Below the pieces are notes generated by a model, which had not been told where the DNA came from, made no database searches, and was given only the letters and a program-made list of their open reading frames with translations. Shown one piece after another: positions 10,294 to 20,116 of a stretch of 64,000 nucleotides of DNA. The translations under genes and the position numbers were made by a program. Origin of the DNA: a phage. Position 1 is the stretch's first letter. Each line of letters opens with the position of its first letter. The stretch lies in sequence record PZ386972.1. One strand, given 5' to 3'.

Positions 10294-10322
10294 ATTATAT
10301 CAAGAATTATAGGATTAAGCAA
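10294..10322 (-). promoter_or_regulatory. early promoter (minus strand)
   Basis: Plus strand ATTATA 10294-10299 and AAGCAA 10317-10322; 17-bp spacer. Confidence 0.55.
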
Positions 10323-10342
10323 CTGAAATTTTTCGGTAACTG

Positions 10343-10630
10343 CTACACATCTAGTTCAACGATCTCCCAATCATCCGCCAATGCTTCCTCTAAGGTTAGA
10401 GATGTGGTTTTCCATGTTGCGTCTTTTATATCGAACTTGGTATATCCATCTTCATTGGGCCACCAGGTAAACTCGACAATATCATTATTATCAACATCTA
10501 CTTTTATAATAGTAGAGTAACAGGTACGAACATCCCAGTTACCCCAGCTATCCCGTTGGAGATATTTTACATCTCCATCTTTAAGCAAATCTGTTAGCTT
10601 ACTCACGGCGTTTTCCTTTCTCTTTATCAA
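10343..10630 (-). CDS. hypothetical protein (95 aa)
   Basis: ORF track. Confidence 0.45.
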   Translation of the reverse strand: MIKRKENAVSKLTDLLKDGDVKYLQRDSWGNWDVRTCYSTIIKVDVDNNDIVEFTWWPNEDGYTKFDIKDATWKTTSLTLEEALADDWEIVELDV

Positions 10631-11303
10631 GTTTCAAGGCGGCCTTAACAGCTTCGTTAATCAACGTAATAATTTCTTCACGAGTCCACTTATATCCTAG
10701 AGATTTTACGTCTACCCCTAACTTTTCCAGATGTTTAACAGAAGCCAGCTCGTAATTCATATAATGAACGTTCTGTTGTTTGCCTTCTGATAGAAGCCAT
10801 ACACGGTAGCAACCAACAGGATTATCCATTGCTTTTTTGATTTCACCGATACACTGGTATCCAGGAACCCAAACAAGCTCACCAACTGCAAATTCTTCTG
10901 CTACAGCATCATCAGGAATAATCGGAGGATTCAATGGATCTACAATATCATTCAAACGAAGTAGAGCACCATAGCGTTCCAGAACAGATTTAACCATTGC
11001 TACAGAACGATAATTACGATCGGCAATCTCTTCAAAAGAATCACCAGATAAATACTGCTCAATAACGTTGGCTAACTCGATGCCTTCAATGAGTGTGCCA
11101 CGTTTCTTTTTCTTCATTTCGGCAACTTGAATCTGGCGGTCTTGCCATTCTTCAATCATCCTTTCCATAGTTGGATTGGATGATACGCCGAGCATTTCAC
11201 ATGCTGCTTTCTTAGTACCACCGTTCTCCAGATGCTCTATAACCTTTTTAAAGACTTCATCCGGGATTTCATGGATATGTTTCTTTCTGCGAGAACCAGC
11301 CAT
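10599..11303 (-). CDS. putative DNA-binding protein (N-terminal HTH-like segment)
   Basis: 234 aa; GGTKKAACEMLGVSSNPTMERMI resembles a helix-turn-helix. Confidence 0.45.
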   Translation of the reverse strand: MAGSRRKKHIHEIPDEVFKKVIEHLENGGTKKAACEMLGVSSNPTMERMIEEWQDRQIQVAEMKKKKRGTLIEGIELANVIEQYLSGDSFEEIADRNYRSVAMVKSVLERYGALLRLNDIVDPLNPPIIPDDAVAEEFAVGELVWVPGYQCIGEIKKAMDNPVGCYRVWLLSEGKQQNVHYMNYELASVKHLEKLGVDVKSLGYKWTREEIITLINEAVKAALKLDKEKGKRRE

Positions 11304-11334
11304 ATTTAAACTCCTCTCTCAAATTTATGAATCT

Positions 11335-11363
11335 ATTATACAGAAAAATTTTCCTGAAAGCAA
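11335..11363 (-). promoter_or_regulatory. early promoter (minus strand)
   Basis: Plus strand ATTATA 11335-11340 and AAGCAA 11358-11363. Confidence 0.55.
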
Positions 11364-11371
11364 ATAAATTT

Positions 11372-11614
11372 TTACGATTCCTTGAGCAAAGAAGCAAGTT
11401 CAGCATAGACTTTATCTAACTCAAAGCCGATGCGAAGAGATACGTTAGTTTTCCGTTGTTTAAGTAACCACTCGGATATGTTAGGGATGCCAGCTAATCT
11501 ATGTGGTACCACCCTACATAGCTTTTCCGAAGTGTCGTAAACAGGAACTTTACGTTCTTTTACTGGGAACTTCCTTGTTTCCCATTTTTTATTCTTCACT
11601 GTCATTTCTAGCAC
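11372..11614 (-). CDS. hypothetical protein (80 aa)
   Basis: ORF track. Confidence 0.4.
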   Translation of the reverse strand: MLEMTVKNKKWETRKFPVKERKVPVYDTSEKLCRVVPHRLAGIPNISEWLLKQRKTNVSLRIGFELDKVYAELASLLKES

Positions 11615-14456
11615 CTAGCTCTGCCATTGCTTCATCATGCATATGTTTCTCCTCATCAGTCATAAACTTATATGGAATTGGCATACACTCGATTTTACAA
11701 TAAGTTCTGTACCAGTCTACAATATTCTCCGTGTTCATATCCTTACCAATACCCATCATACCAAGATACATTCTTGCATATTTTGGGTTAGCACTCTGAC
11801 CTGTTTTAAGGAAGAAATCTTTCTTTTTACCTTTCAAAGCTTCTATGAATGGTTTGATAGTGACATTTGAACACTTCTTAATATCCTCCCAGAACATCTC
11901 GTGCATCTTATGAAAGAATGCAGCTCTATCATTCGGTTTATCTTTGATATATTGTTCAACATGCTCAACCGTTACATCTTTAATAGACTCAAGATGATAA
12001 TAGCGAACAAGAAGTAGTTTAGCTTCATACGCATCTGCATGGCGGGGGGCACAATAATCAGGAGTTGAGTACAAAATGGCTTTGATTCGCTCTTCTGTAT
12101 ACTCTTTACCTGCACCTTCGATAGTTCCCCAGCTTTCACTGAAAATATCAATAGTTGCACCCTGATCAAGCAAGTAATAACGTAAAGTACTAGTATAGTT
12201 CCTAGACTCCAGCTCCCTGCGACGTGCGTATAATTGCTGTGCTAACTCCAGCCAACCCTCATCAATGTTATATTGTTCAGAACCTGCGGAAAATCCACTC
12301 GTAGATTTATCAATAAAATAATAAATGTTCTGAGCGCCACGGTCGCGCCTGATTGCTTGAAAACGCATGTTTGGCGCTTGGTTACTAGTTCTAGTAATAA
12401 CGAATACGTTATCAAAATAGTTGAAGTCAACACCACTCGTTACGGATGGACTACATAATAAGCAATCAATTTGTTGGTCAATTAGCTCATTAGTTGTGTA
12501 ATCCAGAATACGTCGAATATCCACATCAGACGTAGAGTTTGAGTGGATTTCCTTAACTAACGCACCCGTATTACGACGCAATGCCATGCCCTTCTCATTC
12601 AGTTCATCCGGACCACAGTCAGATACTAGGATAGATTTCTCACCCATCTCTAGGGAAGTCTGAAGTGCAACCCAAATACTGGATTCATCAGGGAACTCAT
12701 AAGCATGAGCTTTTGACAGCATTTTACGATGATGATTATAAAATGCAACCGGTTTATCAAACTCAATCAAAGAACCATATGCTTCAATTGTTTCTGCACT
12801 AATATCCCCATCAGATAATATAATGATTTTTGCAGTTGCAAGAATATCCCGAAGAACCTGAATGCACTCGCGACGTTGTTTAACAACCGGGGCGAATAAT
12901 AGGTCATTCATTACTGCATCACATTCATCAATAAAGATTGCATCAATTTGACCAATAAAACTCTTGAACTTATGCAAAGAGTGAATAGTTGTGGACATAC
13001 GGTCAATAGCACCACGCTTAAAATTAAGCATATCTACAGACTTATCATATTGTCCTGCGCTAAATTTCTTAGCGTTTGAAGATACCAGCGCTCTAGTATT
13101 TGTAACTGCTAAGAAATTACCTTTAATAACTCCTGAATCTAACCAACGCACAACCGCCGTGGTTTTACCTGTACCTAGACTTGCTTTTACAAAAGTCATA
13201 TAACCTTCTGGCGGTACAGTATTTAATTTCAAAAAGTTATCAGTTTCTAGGGAATTAGTTTCTAGCTTTTTAAGTGGAATACCTTTTAAAACATCAGGTA
13301 TATCACGTTTAGAATTATTAACAAACGCTTTCAGAGCCTGTTTACGACCGTTATTAAAGTAATCTTGAATATTACGACTATTATCTTTAGTTGCAATATA
13401 TTCTGATAAGGCTGGACGGATTTCTTTTTCTAGCCATGCAAAATCAACACCATCCTCTAAAGCTCTGTGATAGAGTTTAGGTATGATACGTAGATACACT
13501 CCATCCTCAGCTTCTTCTAGTTCGCTGATAGTTTCCTCTACTTTATCAGAGGCAGCTTTTTTACCTTTAATTTGATCGAGTAAAGAGTAAAACTCCTCCT
13601 TAAACTCACCTCTAGTTGTTTCATAGTCAACCAGATTATTAGGTAAATTTACTTTAGAACCCTTAACAAATACCAGACGTGAAGCACCCTCCGCCTTAAA
13701 CGGATCTACTATACCATCAGTAAATAACGGATCTGCAAAATAATGGAGCTGTACGGAAGAGTAATAAGCTAAGTCGGCAATATCAAAGCCATACTTTTGT
13801 CTACTACTTTCGTTGATAGATGTAAATAAGAATTTGATTTGACCCTGAGTTACTTTAACATTAGATTCTAGTATTAGGTGCATTCGGATACCTGGTTTTA
13901 GCCCAGCCGAAGACGATGCATGAGCGATAAACCCTGCATCGAGAGGAAACATGTCCTCACTAATACTATTTAACATTCTAATAATATGTCGAGCCATGCC
14001 AACAAGATCAAACTTGTTACAACCACCTGTATCTACAATACCATCCACGTCCATTGCAATTATATGACTTGGATTAGATACATTAAAGTTGCCCTTCTTA
14101 CGCCGCACATTATTTTTAGGTGCAAGACATCGACCTCGTACCGCAACGATATGAGGATCAGACGTTAAACGTCTCATAAGAGGGAGCATTTCTACTAGGG
14201 TTTGAGGATCAACTTCATCAATTACATCAAACTTGAAGGGCATTGAAGCTGGTTTACCTTCAGAATGCTTTGAGGAAAATCTTTTAGCAAAAAGATAGTC
14301 TTCTGCTTTAACTTCTCGCCAAATGCCTGTGGCTAAATCGCGATGAAATCCTGCATGACCTTGTAGGATTGAGAACACAACAATACTCCTGTGTTGGAAA
14401 TGAAATAAGTTTTCTTTAGGACTATTCAGAAAGAATAGAACAACTGTTACTGTCAA
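11589..14456 (-). CDS. large helicase-like protein with Walker A/B motifs, possible origin-binding or replication helicase
   Basis: 955 aa; Walker A SLGTGKTT; Walker B IFIDECD; embedded in the replication gene block. Confidence 0.55.
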   Translation of the reverse strand: MTVTVVLFFLNSPKENLFHFQHRSIVVFSILQGHAGFHRDLATGIWREVKAEDYLFAKRFSSKHSEGKPASMPFKFDVIDEVDPQTLVEMLPLMRRLTSDPHIVAVRGRCLAPKNNVRRKKGNFNVSNPSHIIAMDVDGIVDTGGCNKFDLVGMARHIIRMLNSISEDMFPLDAGFIAHASSSAGLKPGIRMHLILESNVKVTQGQIKFLFTSINESSRQKYGFDIADLAYYSSVQLHYFADPLFTDGIVDPFKAEGASRLVFVKGSKVNLPNNLVDYETTRGEFKEEFYSLLDQIKGKKAASDKVEETISELEEAEDGVYLRIIPKLYHRALEDGVDFAWLEKEIRPALSEYIATKDNSRNIQDYFNNGRKQALKAFVNNSKRDIPDVLKGIPLKKLETNSLETDNFLKLNTVPPEGYMTFVKASLGTGKTTAVVRWLDSGVIKGNFLAVTNTRALVSSNAKKFSAGQYDKSVDMLNFKRGAIDRMSTTIHSLHKFKSFIGQIDAIFIDECDAVMNDLLFAPVVKQRRECIQVLRDILATAKIIILSDGDISAETIEAYGSLIEFDKPVAFYNHHRKMLSKAHAYEFPDESSIWVALQTSLEMGEKSILVSDCGPDELNEKGMALRRNTGALVKEIHSNSTSDVDIRRILDYTTNELIDQQIDCLLCSPSVTSGVDFNYFDNVFVITRTSNQAPNMRFQAIRRDRGAQNIYYFIDKSTSGFSAGSEQYNIDEGWLELAQQLYARRRELESRNYTSTLRYYLLDQGATIDIFSESWGTIEGAGKEYTEERIKAILYSTPDYCAPRHADAYEAKLLLVRYYHLESIKDVTVEHVEQYIKDKPNDRAAFFHKMHEMFWEDIKKCSNVTIKPFIEALKGKKKDFFLKTGQSANPKYARMYLGMMGIGKDMNTENIVDWYRTYCKIECMPIPYKFMTDEEKHMHDEAMAELGARNDSEE

Positions 14457-14877
14457 TTTCTCAACAAATTAATTGCAAATACTGAAGTGGGGTGGCAACT
14501 TCCACTTTCACGCTGCGCTGCTGCTTTGCTATATCGCACAAATCCTTGAGGATGGCCGCTAAGCCAGATTTGCTCACCTAATGCTTCATATACTAGCTCA
14601 TACTAGATGCAATATAACTTACAGAATCACGTCTCGGAGTTTTTCACTCCTCCCGTCTCACTTCACAACCACCTCTATCTAGGTTGCTTCGAGGCCTTAC
14701 CAGGGTTCCTACGGGACGCAGATCGCTAAGTATTCTATTAACTATTTGTTTAAAAACTAACACGTAACAGTTAAAACAACCCTTAATGTGGCAGCCTAAC
14801 TGTTCCGTATCGCGGATTGTAAACAAGAAAAATTAGCAAAATCAATTTTTACTAATGTCTCTCAATTCAATATAAAT

Positions 14878-14906
14878 ATTATACCAAGATTTTGGGCATC
14901 ATGCAA
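14878..14906 (-). promoter_or_regulatory. early promoter (minus strand), about 420 nt upstream of the 955-aa gene
   Basis: Plus strand ATTATA 14878-14883 and ATGCAA 14901-14906 (minus-strand TTGCAT, 17 bp, TATAAT). Confidence 0.5.
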
Positions 14907-14945
14907 GTAAAATTTTCCGGATGGTGCTATCATTGGTCTTAAGTA

Positions 14946-14975
14946 CGGATAAAACCGAGCCAAAATGACTCGGTA
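14946..14975 (-). terminator. rho-independent terminator (minus strand)
   Basis: Minus-strand hairpin CCGAGTCATTTTGGCTCGG followed by TTTTAT. Confidence 0.5.
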
Positions 14976-14997
14976 ATCAGAGTTCAGCTAATAAAAA

Positions 14998-15390
14998 TCA
15001 TTCATCATTTAATCCTGGAACATAGATCCCAACACGATTTAATTGTTCTTTAGCTTCTGCGAGAATATCTGGAGTGTACTCCCAAATATCGTCTTCCACC
15101 TGTAAAAGATGGGAAGAACAACCATCATGCGGCACACGACATATGGCCAAACCACGTGGATGGAACAAAGAGAAATTTAGGGCAACAATTAAACCCATAG
15201 CAGACAACTCATTCCAATCCAACTCCCATTCCCCCGCGTAGCCGGATAGGAAAACACCAACACAGGGATCATCTATTTGCTGCTCCGGAAAAGTGAAGGA
15301 GGCTTGTCTTACCCCCAACCAACGTTGTAGCAGCTTCTCCGCACGTTTCACCAAACTAGGATCAATCTGACGCCAATATACTTGTTCCAT
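14998..15390 (-). CDS. hypothetical protein, tandem paralog A (130 aa)
   Basis: Shares WxELxxMGLxxALNxxLFxP and C-terminal PGL motifs with the adjacent 15400..15828 ORF. Confidence 0.5.
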   Translation of the reverse strand: MEQVYWRQIDPSLVKRAEKLLQRWLGVRQASFTFPEQQIDDPCVGVFLSGYAGEWELDWNELSAMGLIVALNFSLFHPRGLAICRVPHDGCSSHLLQVEDDIWEYTPDILAEAKEQLNRVGIYVPGLNDE

Positions 15391-15399
15391 TCTGCCTCC

Positions 15400-15828
15400 T
15401 TAAGCAGTTAAACCTGGGATCATATACCCGAAACGTCGAAGTTTCTGAATCCCATCATTTACTTCTTCCGGTGAGTAAGACCAACCGTAACGTTCATTAA
15501 CCTGAAAACCAGGAGATTCACTAGTTTTATAGTTAACAACAAGGCGATGCTTAGCAGGCATAAACAGCTTATAGTTTAACGCAAAAACTAAGCCCATTTC
15601 ATCTAACTCTTTCCAGCCGACAATTTCTTCAAGACCCTCCTCTACCTGAACAATTAAACCAATACAGGGAGCCTCATCAATATCATCTTTAAAAGCAAAG
15701 GAGATTTCGTTATTCTCACACCATATTTTCAAAGAGTTAATAGCCTCATTATATAGGCTAGCTGGGAGAGTACGCCAAAAGTTAACCAAAATTGGGTTAG
15801 CTTCTTTAGAGAATACATTATTGAACAT
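15400..15828 (-). CDS. hypothetical protein, tandem paralog B (142 aa)
   Basis: Paralogous to 14998..15390. Confidence 0.5.
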   Translation of the reverse strand: MFNNVFSKEANPILVNFWRTLPASLYNEAINSLKIWCENNEISFAFKDDIDEAPCIGLIVQVEEGLEEIVGWKELDEMGLVFALNYKLFMPAKHRLVVNYKTSESPGFQVNERYGWSYSPEEVNDGIQKLRRFGYMIPGLTA

Positions 15829-15830
15829 AT

Positions 15831-16337
15831 TTACACCTTAAATTGCTGTAAGGATTTACACATTTCAAGATCCGGACTAAATTCTAGCATATAGCTAACA
15901 GCTTTTAAATCTTGAAGATTTATCCCAGTCCTACCGTTGACTATAACCGTTGGATACTGATACATCATAGCACCCGCATCATCAAGCACACACCAATGTT
16001 TGAGCTTATGCTTTTCAACGAAGCGAAGAACAGAATTACCCCTAGATAATCCACCTCCAGTAAAATCCGTTGTACCAAGAAAGCGATCGATAAGACCTAA
16101 TCCGGTCATAATCTGAACGTTCTCCATCTCATTTCTAACAGAGAACCAAGATGATACCCCAACAATCATTATTGGGGAAGGACGAATAAAGTCCTGAAAA
16201 GCCTTGAGAAGTGGTTTGAAAACCCAGTCACTTCCAAAGAAAATCTTTTCATCATCAGGTGCATGATGGTGGGAGATGCTCGAATTGAGCACCCCATCAA
16301 TATCTAGAAAAATAATTGGAGTATTACTTATTTCCAT
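15831..16337 (-). CDS. HAD-superfamily phosphatase-like protein
   Basis: 168 aa; HAD motif I IIFLDIDGVLNS; C-terminal DD motif. Confidence 0.5.
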   Translation of the reverse strand: MEISNTPIIFLDIDGVLNSSISHHHAPDDEKIFFGSDWVFKPLLKAFQDFIRPSPIMIVGVSSWFSVRNEMENVQIMTGLGLIDRFLGTTDFTGGGLSRGNSVLRFVEKHKLKHWCVLDDAGAMMYQYPTVIVNGRTGINLQDLKAVSYMLEFSPDLEMCKSLQQFKV

Positions 16338-16506
16338 TTTTGTTCCTTTCTAAGAACGTATCATACTCAACCGTATCAACATATATAACACCATAGTCAT
16401 CGGATTTATAGTCCATTTCCCACAGCTCACAGCGATAGCACCAACTACCATCAGCCCATACAAATATATCATCGGGATGTGTATAAACAGATTTAACTAT
16501 GGACAT
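16324..16506 (-). CDS. hypothetical small protein (60 aa)
   Basis: ORF track; overlapping-stop packing. Confidence 0.3.
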   Translation of the reverse strand: MSIVKSVYTHPDDIFVWADGSWCYRCELWEMDYKSDDYGVIYVDTVEYDTFLERNKNGNK

Positions 16507-16682
16507 ACCTGTTTCTCCTCATCTCCAGAGGAGAACCACATATTATCCGTAGTATAGATAATTTTATATGTGTATCCCAACCGTTTTCTTACACTAGGAA
16601 ACCTGTAGGCAAACCTATAACACCAAGTGCCAGACTCAGTTATAAAAATATCCCATTCATTATTTCTTGCTTCTCGACACAT
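16497..16682 (-). CDS. hypothetical small protein (61 aa)
   Basis: ORF track. Confidence 0.3.
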   Translation of the reverse strand: MCREARNNEWDIFITESGTWCYRFAYRFPSVRKRLGYTYKIIYTTDNMWFSSGDEEKQVCP

Positions 16683-17478
16683 AAGGTCTACCCTCTAAAT
16701 GAGCTTCTACACGAGCAATAAAATCAGGATCACTGAAAGCATCTACCGCACCCTTACTCCAATAAGGGATACTACGTTCTTCCAGCTGGTACATCTCACT
16801 ACGAGTCATACCCTGATAGCCTGGCTCCGCTGCTAGGGCACTATCATAGTAGTTAACTACCATAAATTTCGCAGCAGTCCTATTAAGAACAGGAAATAAT
16901 TCCCAGTAGAAGTTAATTACTTGGTTAGAGCAACCAACCACAACGATCATATCTTGGCTGGTAATACCATCAAAAACATTGTACATTTCTGCATATGCTG
17001 GAGCATGCTCTCCAAAGAAGATTACATTAGGTTTAACCCATTTATAATCATCTGGATCAATAGAAGTATATCCTACATCAATAACCAGTTTATTGCTACT
17101 ATTGTAGCTATCAGCTACAACAACCTCTTTTAAATATCCGTGAATGTGCAGAATGTCACTATGTGGAACGCCAGCACGCTCAATAAGGTCATCGACGTTG
17201 GTAGTCAAGTTTACTACTTGACCTGGATATTGTTTATACCATTCACCAATACGCAAATGCGCAAGATTGGGTTCAACAGTTTTTAGCTCTTCACGACGCT
17301 TGTTGTAAAACATATGGGTTTTATGATAAAAATTACCACGAAAGGCATGAATATTACATACTTCTTCTAGATCATAATCATCCCACAATGCTTTACCACT
17401 AGCAGTATCAGTACGAAAAGCTCGTACACCACTTTCAACACTCAAACCTGCACCGCTAATAATAATTAATCTACGCAT
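16660..17478 (-). CDS. Sir2 (sirtuin)-like NAD-binding protein
   Basis: 272 aa; N-terminal GAGLSVESGVRAFR matches the sirtuin Rossmann signature GAGxSxxSGIPxFR. Confidence 0.5.
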   Translation of the reverse strand: MRRLIIISGAGLSVESGVRAFRTDTASGKALWDDYDLEEVCNIHAFRGNFYHKTHMFYNKRREELKTVEPNLAHLRIGEWYKQYPGQVVNLTTNVDDLIERAGVPHSDILHIHGYLKEVVVADSYNSSNKLVIDVGYTSIDPDDYKWVKPNVIFFGEHAPAYAEMYNVFDGITSQDMIVVVGCSNQVINFYWELFPVLNRTAAKFMVVNYYDSALAAEPGYQGMTRSEMYQLEERSIPYWSKGAVDAFSDPDFIARVEAHLEGRPYVSRSKK

Positions 17479-17692
17479 TTTTCACCTGTTCTCTGAAGTT
17501 TTGCCCAATACTGTCTAATAGCTCAGCTAATTCTTTATTGCCTTTCTCCGTTAAGGTATTAGCAATAACTTCTAGCATAGTAGCGCAGGATTCAACACCG
17601 TCCTTATAGCCAGCTTCCCATTGCTGCATTAATGCGTTTTCCAAAGCAGCGTTTAAACCCTTATCTGGTAGCATCGGCTTCGAGAATGCCAT
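17471..17692 (-). CDS. hypothetical protein (73 aa)
   Basis: ORF track. Confidence 0.4.
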   Translation of the reverse strand: MAFSKPMLPDKGLNAALENALMQQWEAGYKDGVESCATMLEVIANTLTEKGNKELAELLDSIGQNFREQVKNA

Positions 17693-17879
17693 AAAGTTTC
17701 TCCTCTAGTTCCATAACACGATTTTCATAAGAGGCACGCAACTTTTCAATTGCCAGCGCACGCACTGTAACCTCATTAGAGTTAATAGCTAATTGGGCCA
17801 GATCTTCTGTTTCCATACGTCCGTTGTAAATTAAGCGATATTTAAGATGTTTTACATTCTTCATAGTTTCTCCTCTCAA
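17661..17879 (-). CDS. hypothetical protein (72 aa)
   Basis: ORF track; first gene after promoter 17892-17920. Confidence 0.4.
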   Translation of the reverse strand: MRGETMKNVKHLKYRLIYNGRMETEDLAQLAINSNEVTVRALAIEKLRASYENRVMELEEKLYGILEADATR

Positions 17880-17891
17880 ATTTATAAATCA

Positions 17892-17920
17892 ATTATACAT
17901 AAGTTTTAGCTCGAAAGCAA
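17892..17920 (-). promoter_or_regulatory. early promoter (minus strand)
   Basis: Plus strand ATTATA 17892-17897 and AAGCAA 17915-17920. Confidence 0.55.
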
Positions 17921-17962
17921 ATAAAATAAAAGCCAGGTCGACTAGCAACCCGGCTGATTAGC

Positions 17963-19837
17963 TTATTTAGCTCGAATATCCTGATGTTTCACCCTACCCA
18001 TAACTTCATGTTGTTTGCCGGGGTTAAATGGACGAGCACCCGGATTTCCAAGATACCCACAAACTCGACGAGTTACTTCAAGAGTTTCTGGGTCATGATT
18101 ACCACAGATAGGGCACTTAAATCCATCTTCGGATGCTATTGTTTCACCTAAGAATCCACATTTACCACAAGAATCTACTGGAGTATTAATACCGAAGTAA
18201 TGAACCTTACTAGCAGCATAATTAATAACCCATTCGAGTGCATCTGGGAATCGTTTCATATCCGGTAGTTCTACATAGGAAATACACCCACCAGAAGCAA
18301 TCGGAGTAAAGTTAGATTCATAATCAAATTTCACGTTAGGAGCAACTTTACGTTCTACATCAAGGTGATGCGAGTTAGTATAGTATCCTTTGGACAGAAT
18401 ATCTTCATGCTCCGGGAAATATTCACGATCTAGACGACAAAAACGGTCACATAGGGACTCTGATGGTGTAGCATACAGGCTATAACCTAACTTAGTTTCT
18501 TCCTTCTTCTGATCTACCCTATCCCGCATGTACTGCAGTACACGCTGAACAAACTTGATGCAGGTCTCGGACATTGTGTCTATATCTTTGCCAAACATGA
18601 ACTGTAGCATTTCATGGCAACCAATATACCCTAGAGATACAGAAGCACGGTTATAGAAATGATCGAATACGTATTCATCAGGCTCCAAGCGCAGTCCAAA
18701 GGCTCCTGACATATAGAGGATGGGTGCAGCTTTAGCTTGAATGTATTTTAAGCGATCAACTCTCCACTCCAATGCTTTTAACGCTGTATCCACACGTAGC
18801 TCAAGCAAATCAAAGAATAGGTCAATATTTCCTTCAGCTTCGATAGCAATTCTAGGCAAGTTTACAGAAACAACACCTAAGTTATTACGACCGGCAGTTT
18901 CACCATCTTCTGTAGCAGCTAGGAATGAACGGCAGCCCATAGAAACTTTGTAGTCTCCAGTAACTTCTACAACTTTGTCATAGCTGATATAATCTGGATA
19001 CATACGTTCAGCAGTACATTTCATAGCTAACTTCTTGATGTCATAATTAACATCTCCTGGTTTCATATTTACGCCATCACGAAGCACAAATACCAGTTTC
19101 GGGAAGATAGCTGTACGTTTATTGATACCTAAACCATCCATGCGTACTTTCAGTATTGCTTTCTGTACTAGACGTGCTTCCCAAGAAGTTCCTAGACCAA
19201 AACCAAAGGTAATAAATGGACTCTGACCATTAGAGTTGAACATCGTATTGATTTCATACTCTAGACCCTGACAAGCATCATAGACTTCTTTTTCAGTCAT
19301 CTCCGTAGCCATTACTGATGCTTTGGCTTCATCCTTAGTCCAACGTTTTGCAAAGGCATGATTTTTGTCATAGGATTTACGAACATAAGGAGCTAATACC
19401 TCATCTAATCGGTCTACAGAAGTACCACCATACTGATGGGAGCTAACCTGTGTGATAATCTGAGCTGTAATAGCCGCCGCAGTAGTAATAGAGTTTGGAG
19501 TACTAATTTCAGCATTACCAACCTTCATACCATTCTTCAACATATCTTCCAGAGCTACCAGACAACAATTAGTCATGCCTAATGCAGCATAATCAGCATC
19601 ATGGAAATGAATATCCCCAATCATATGAGCATTTCGAATCTGAATTGGCATTTCTTCTAGAATCAGATACTTACTCAATTCACCTGCAAGCATATCCCTC
19701 TGTGTAGGGAAACGTTCTGAGGGTTTATTGGCATTATTAAACAGCAGCTCTTCATCTGCTGACCCTTCGATAATCTCTTTGCAGTTTCTAATTAACGCCT
19801 GCATTTCTTTATACTTTAGTTCTTCATTGCGATTCAT
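17963..19837 (-). CDS. nrdD: anaerobic ribonucleoside-triphosphate reductase (class III, glycyl radical)
   Basis: 624 aa; C-terminal zinc ribbon CGKCGF...CPICG and glycyl-radical motif RRVCGYLG. Confidence 0.85.
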   Translation of the reverse strand: MNRNEELKYKEMQALIRNCKEIIEGSADEELLFNNANKPSERFPTQRDMLAGELSKYLILEEMPIQIRNAHMIGDIHFHDADYAALGMTNCCLVALEDMLKNGMKVGNAEISTPNSITTAAAITAQIITQVSSHQYGGTSVDRLDEVLAPYVRKSYDKNHAFAKRWTKDEAKASVMATEMTEKEVYDACQGLEYEINTMFNSNGQSPFITFGFGLGTSWEARLVQKAILKVRMDGLGINKRTAIFPKLVFVLRDGVNMKPGDVNYDIKKLAMKCTAERMYPDYISYDKVVEVTGDYKVSMGCRSFLAATEDGETAGRNNLGVVSVNLPRIAIEAEGNIDLFFDLLELRVDTALKALEWRVDRLKYIQAKAAPILYMSGAFGLRLEPDEYVFDHFYNRASVSLGYIGCHEMLQFMFGKDIDTMSETCIKFVQRVLQYMRDRVDQKKEETKLGYSLYATPSESLCDRFCRLDREYFPEHEDILSKGYYTNSHHLDVERKVAPNVKFDYESNFTPIASGGCISYVELPDMKRFPDALEWVINYAASKVHYFGINTPVDSCGKCGFLGETIASEDGFKCPICGNHDPETLEVTRRVCGYLGNPGARPFNPGKQHEVMGRVKHQDIRAK

Positions 19838-19866
19838 TATACTCTCCTTCTCTAACTAAGACTACT

Positions 19867-19895
19867 ATTATAACTCATTCGAGGGCGGATGTCAA
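19867..19895 (-). promoter_or_regulatory. consensus sigma70-type promoter for nrdD (TTGACA, 17 bp, TATAAT)
   Basis: Plus strand ATTATA 19867-19872 and TGTCAA 19890-19895. Confidence 0.6.
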
Positions 19896-19946
19896 CAATA
19901 TTTTACTATAAAGTTCTGTAACATGATCTGAGTCAAAAAATTTTAT

Positions 19947-19975
19947 TTGCCAATTTCTATTAAAAATTGTATAAT
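19947..19975 (+). promoter_or_regulatory. early promoter (TTGCCA, 17 bp, TATAAT) followed by palindromic CGTGCACG element
   Basis: -35 at 19947-19952, -10 at 19970-19975. Confidence 0.5.
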
Positions 19976-20087
19976 CACGCACTCGTGCACGCGATATAAA
20001 ATGATTATCTAGTATCACACATCTCACGTTAAAAGCAAGCAAATTTTTTATTTAAATGCAATATCATAGGCTTATTTAAAATTGTAG

Positions 20088-20116
20088 TTGCTTTTTACTG
20101 TATATATTGGTATAAT
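20088..20116 (+). promoter_or_regulatory. early promoter (TTGCTT, 17 bp, TATAAT)
   Basis: -35 at 20088-20093, -10 at 20111-20116. Confidence 0.55.
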
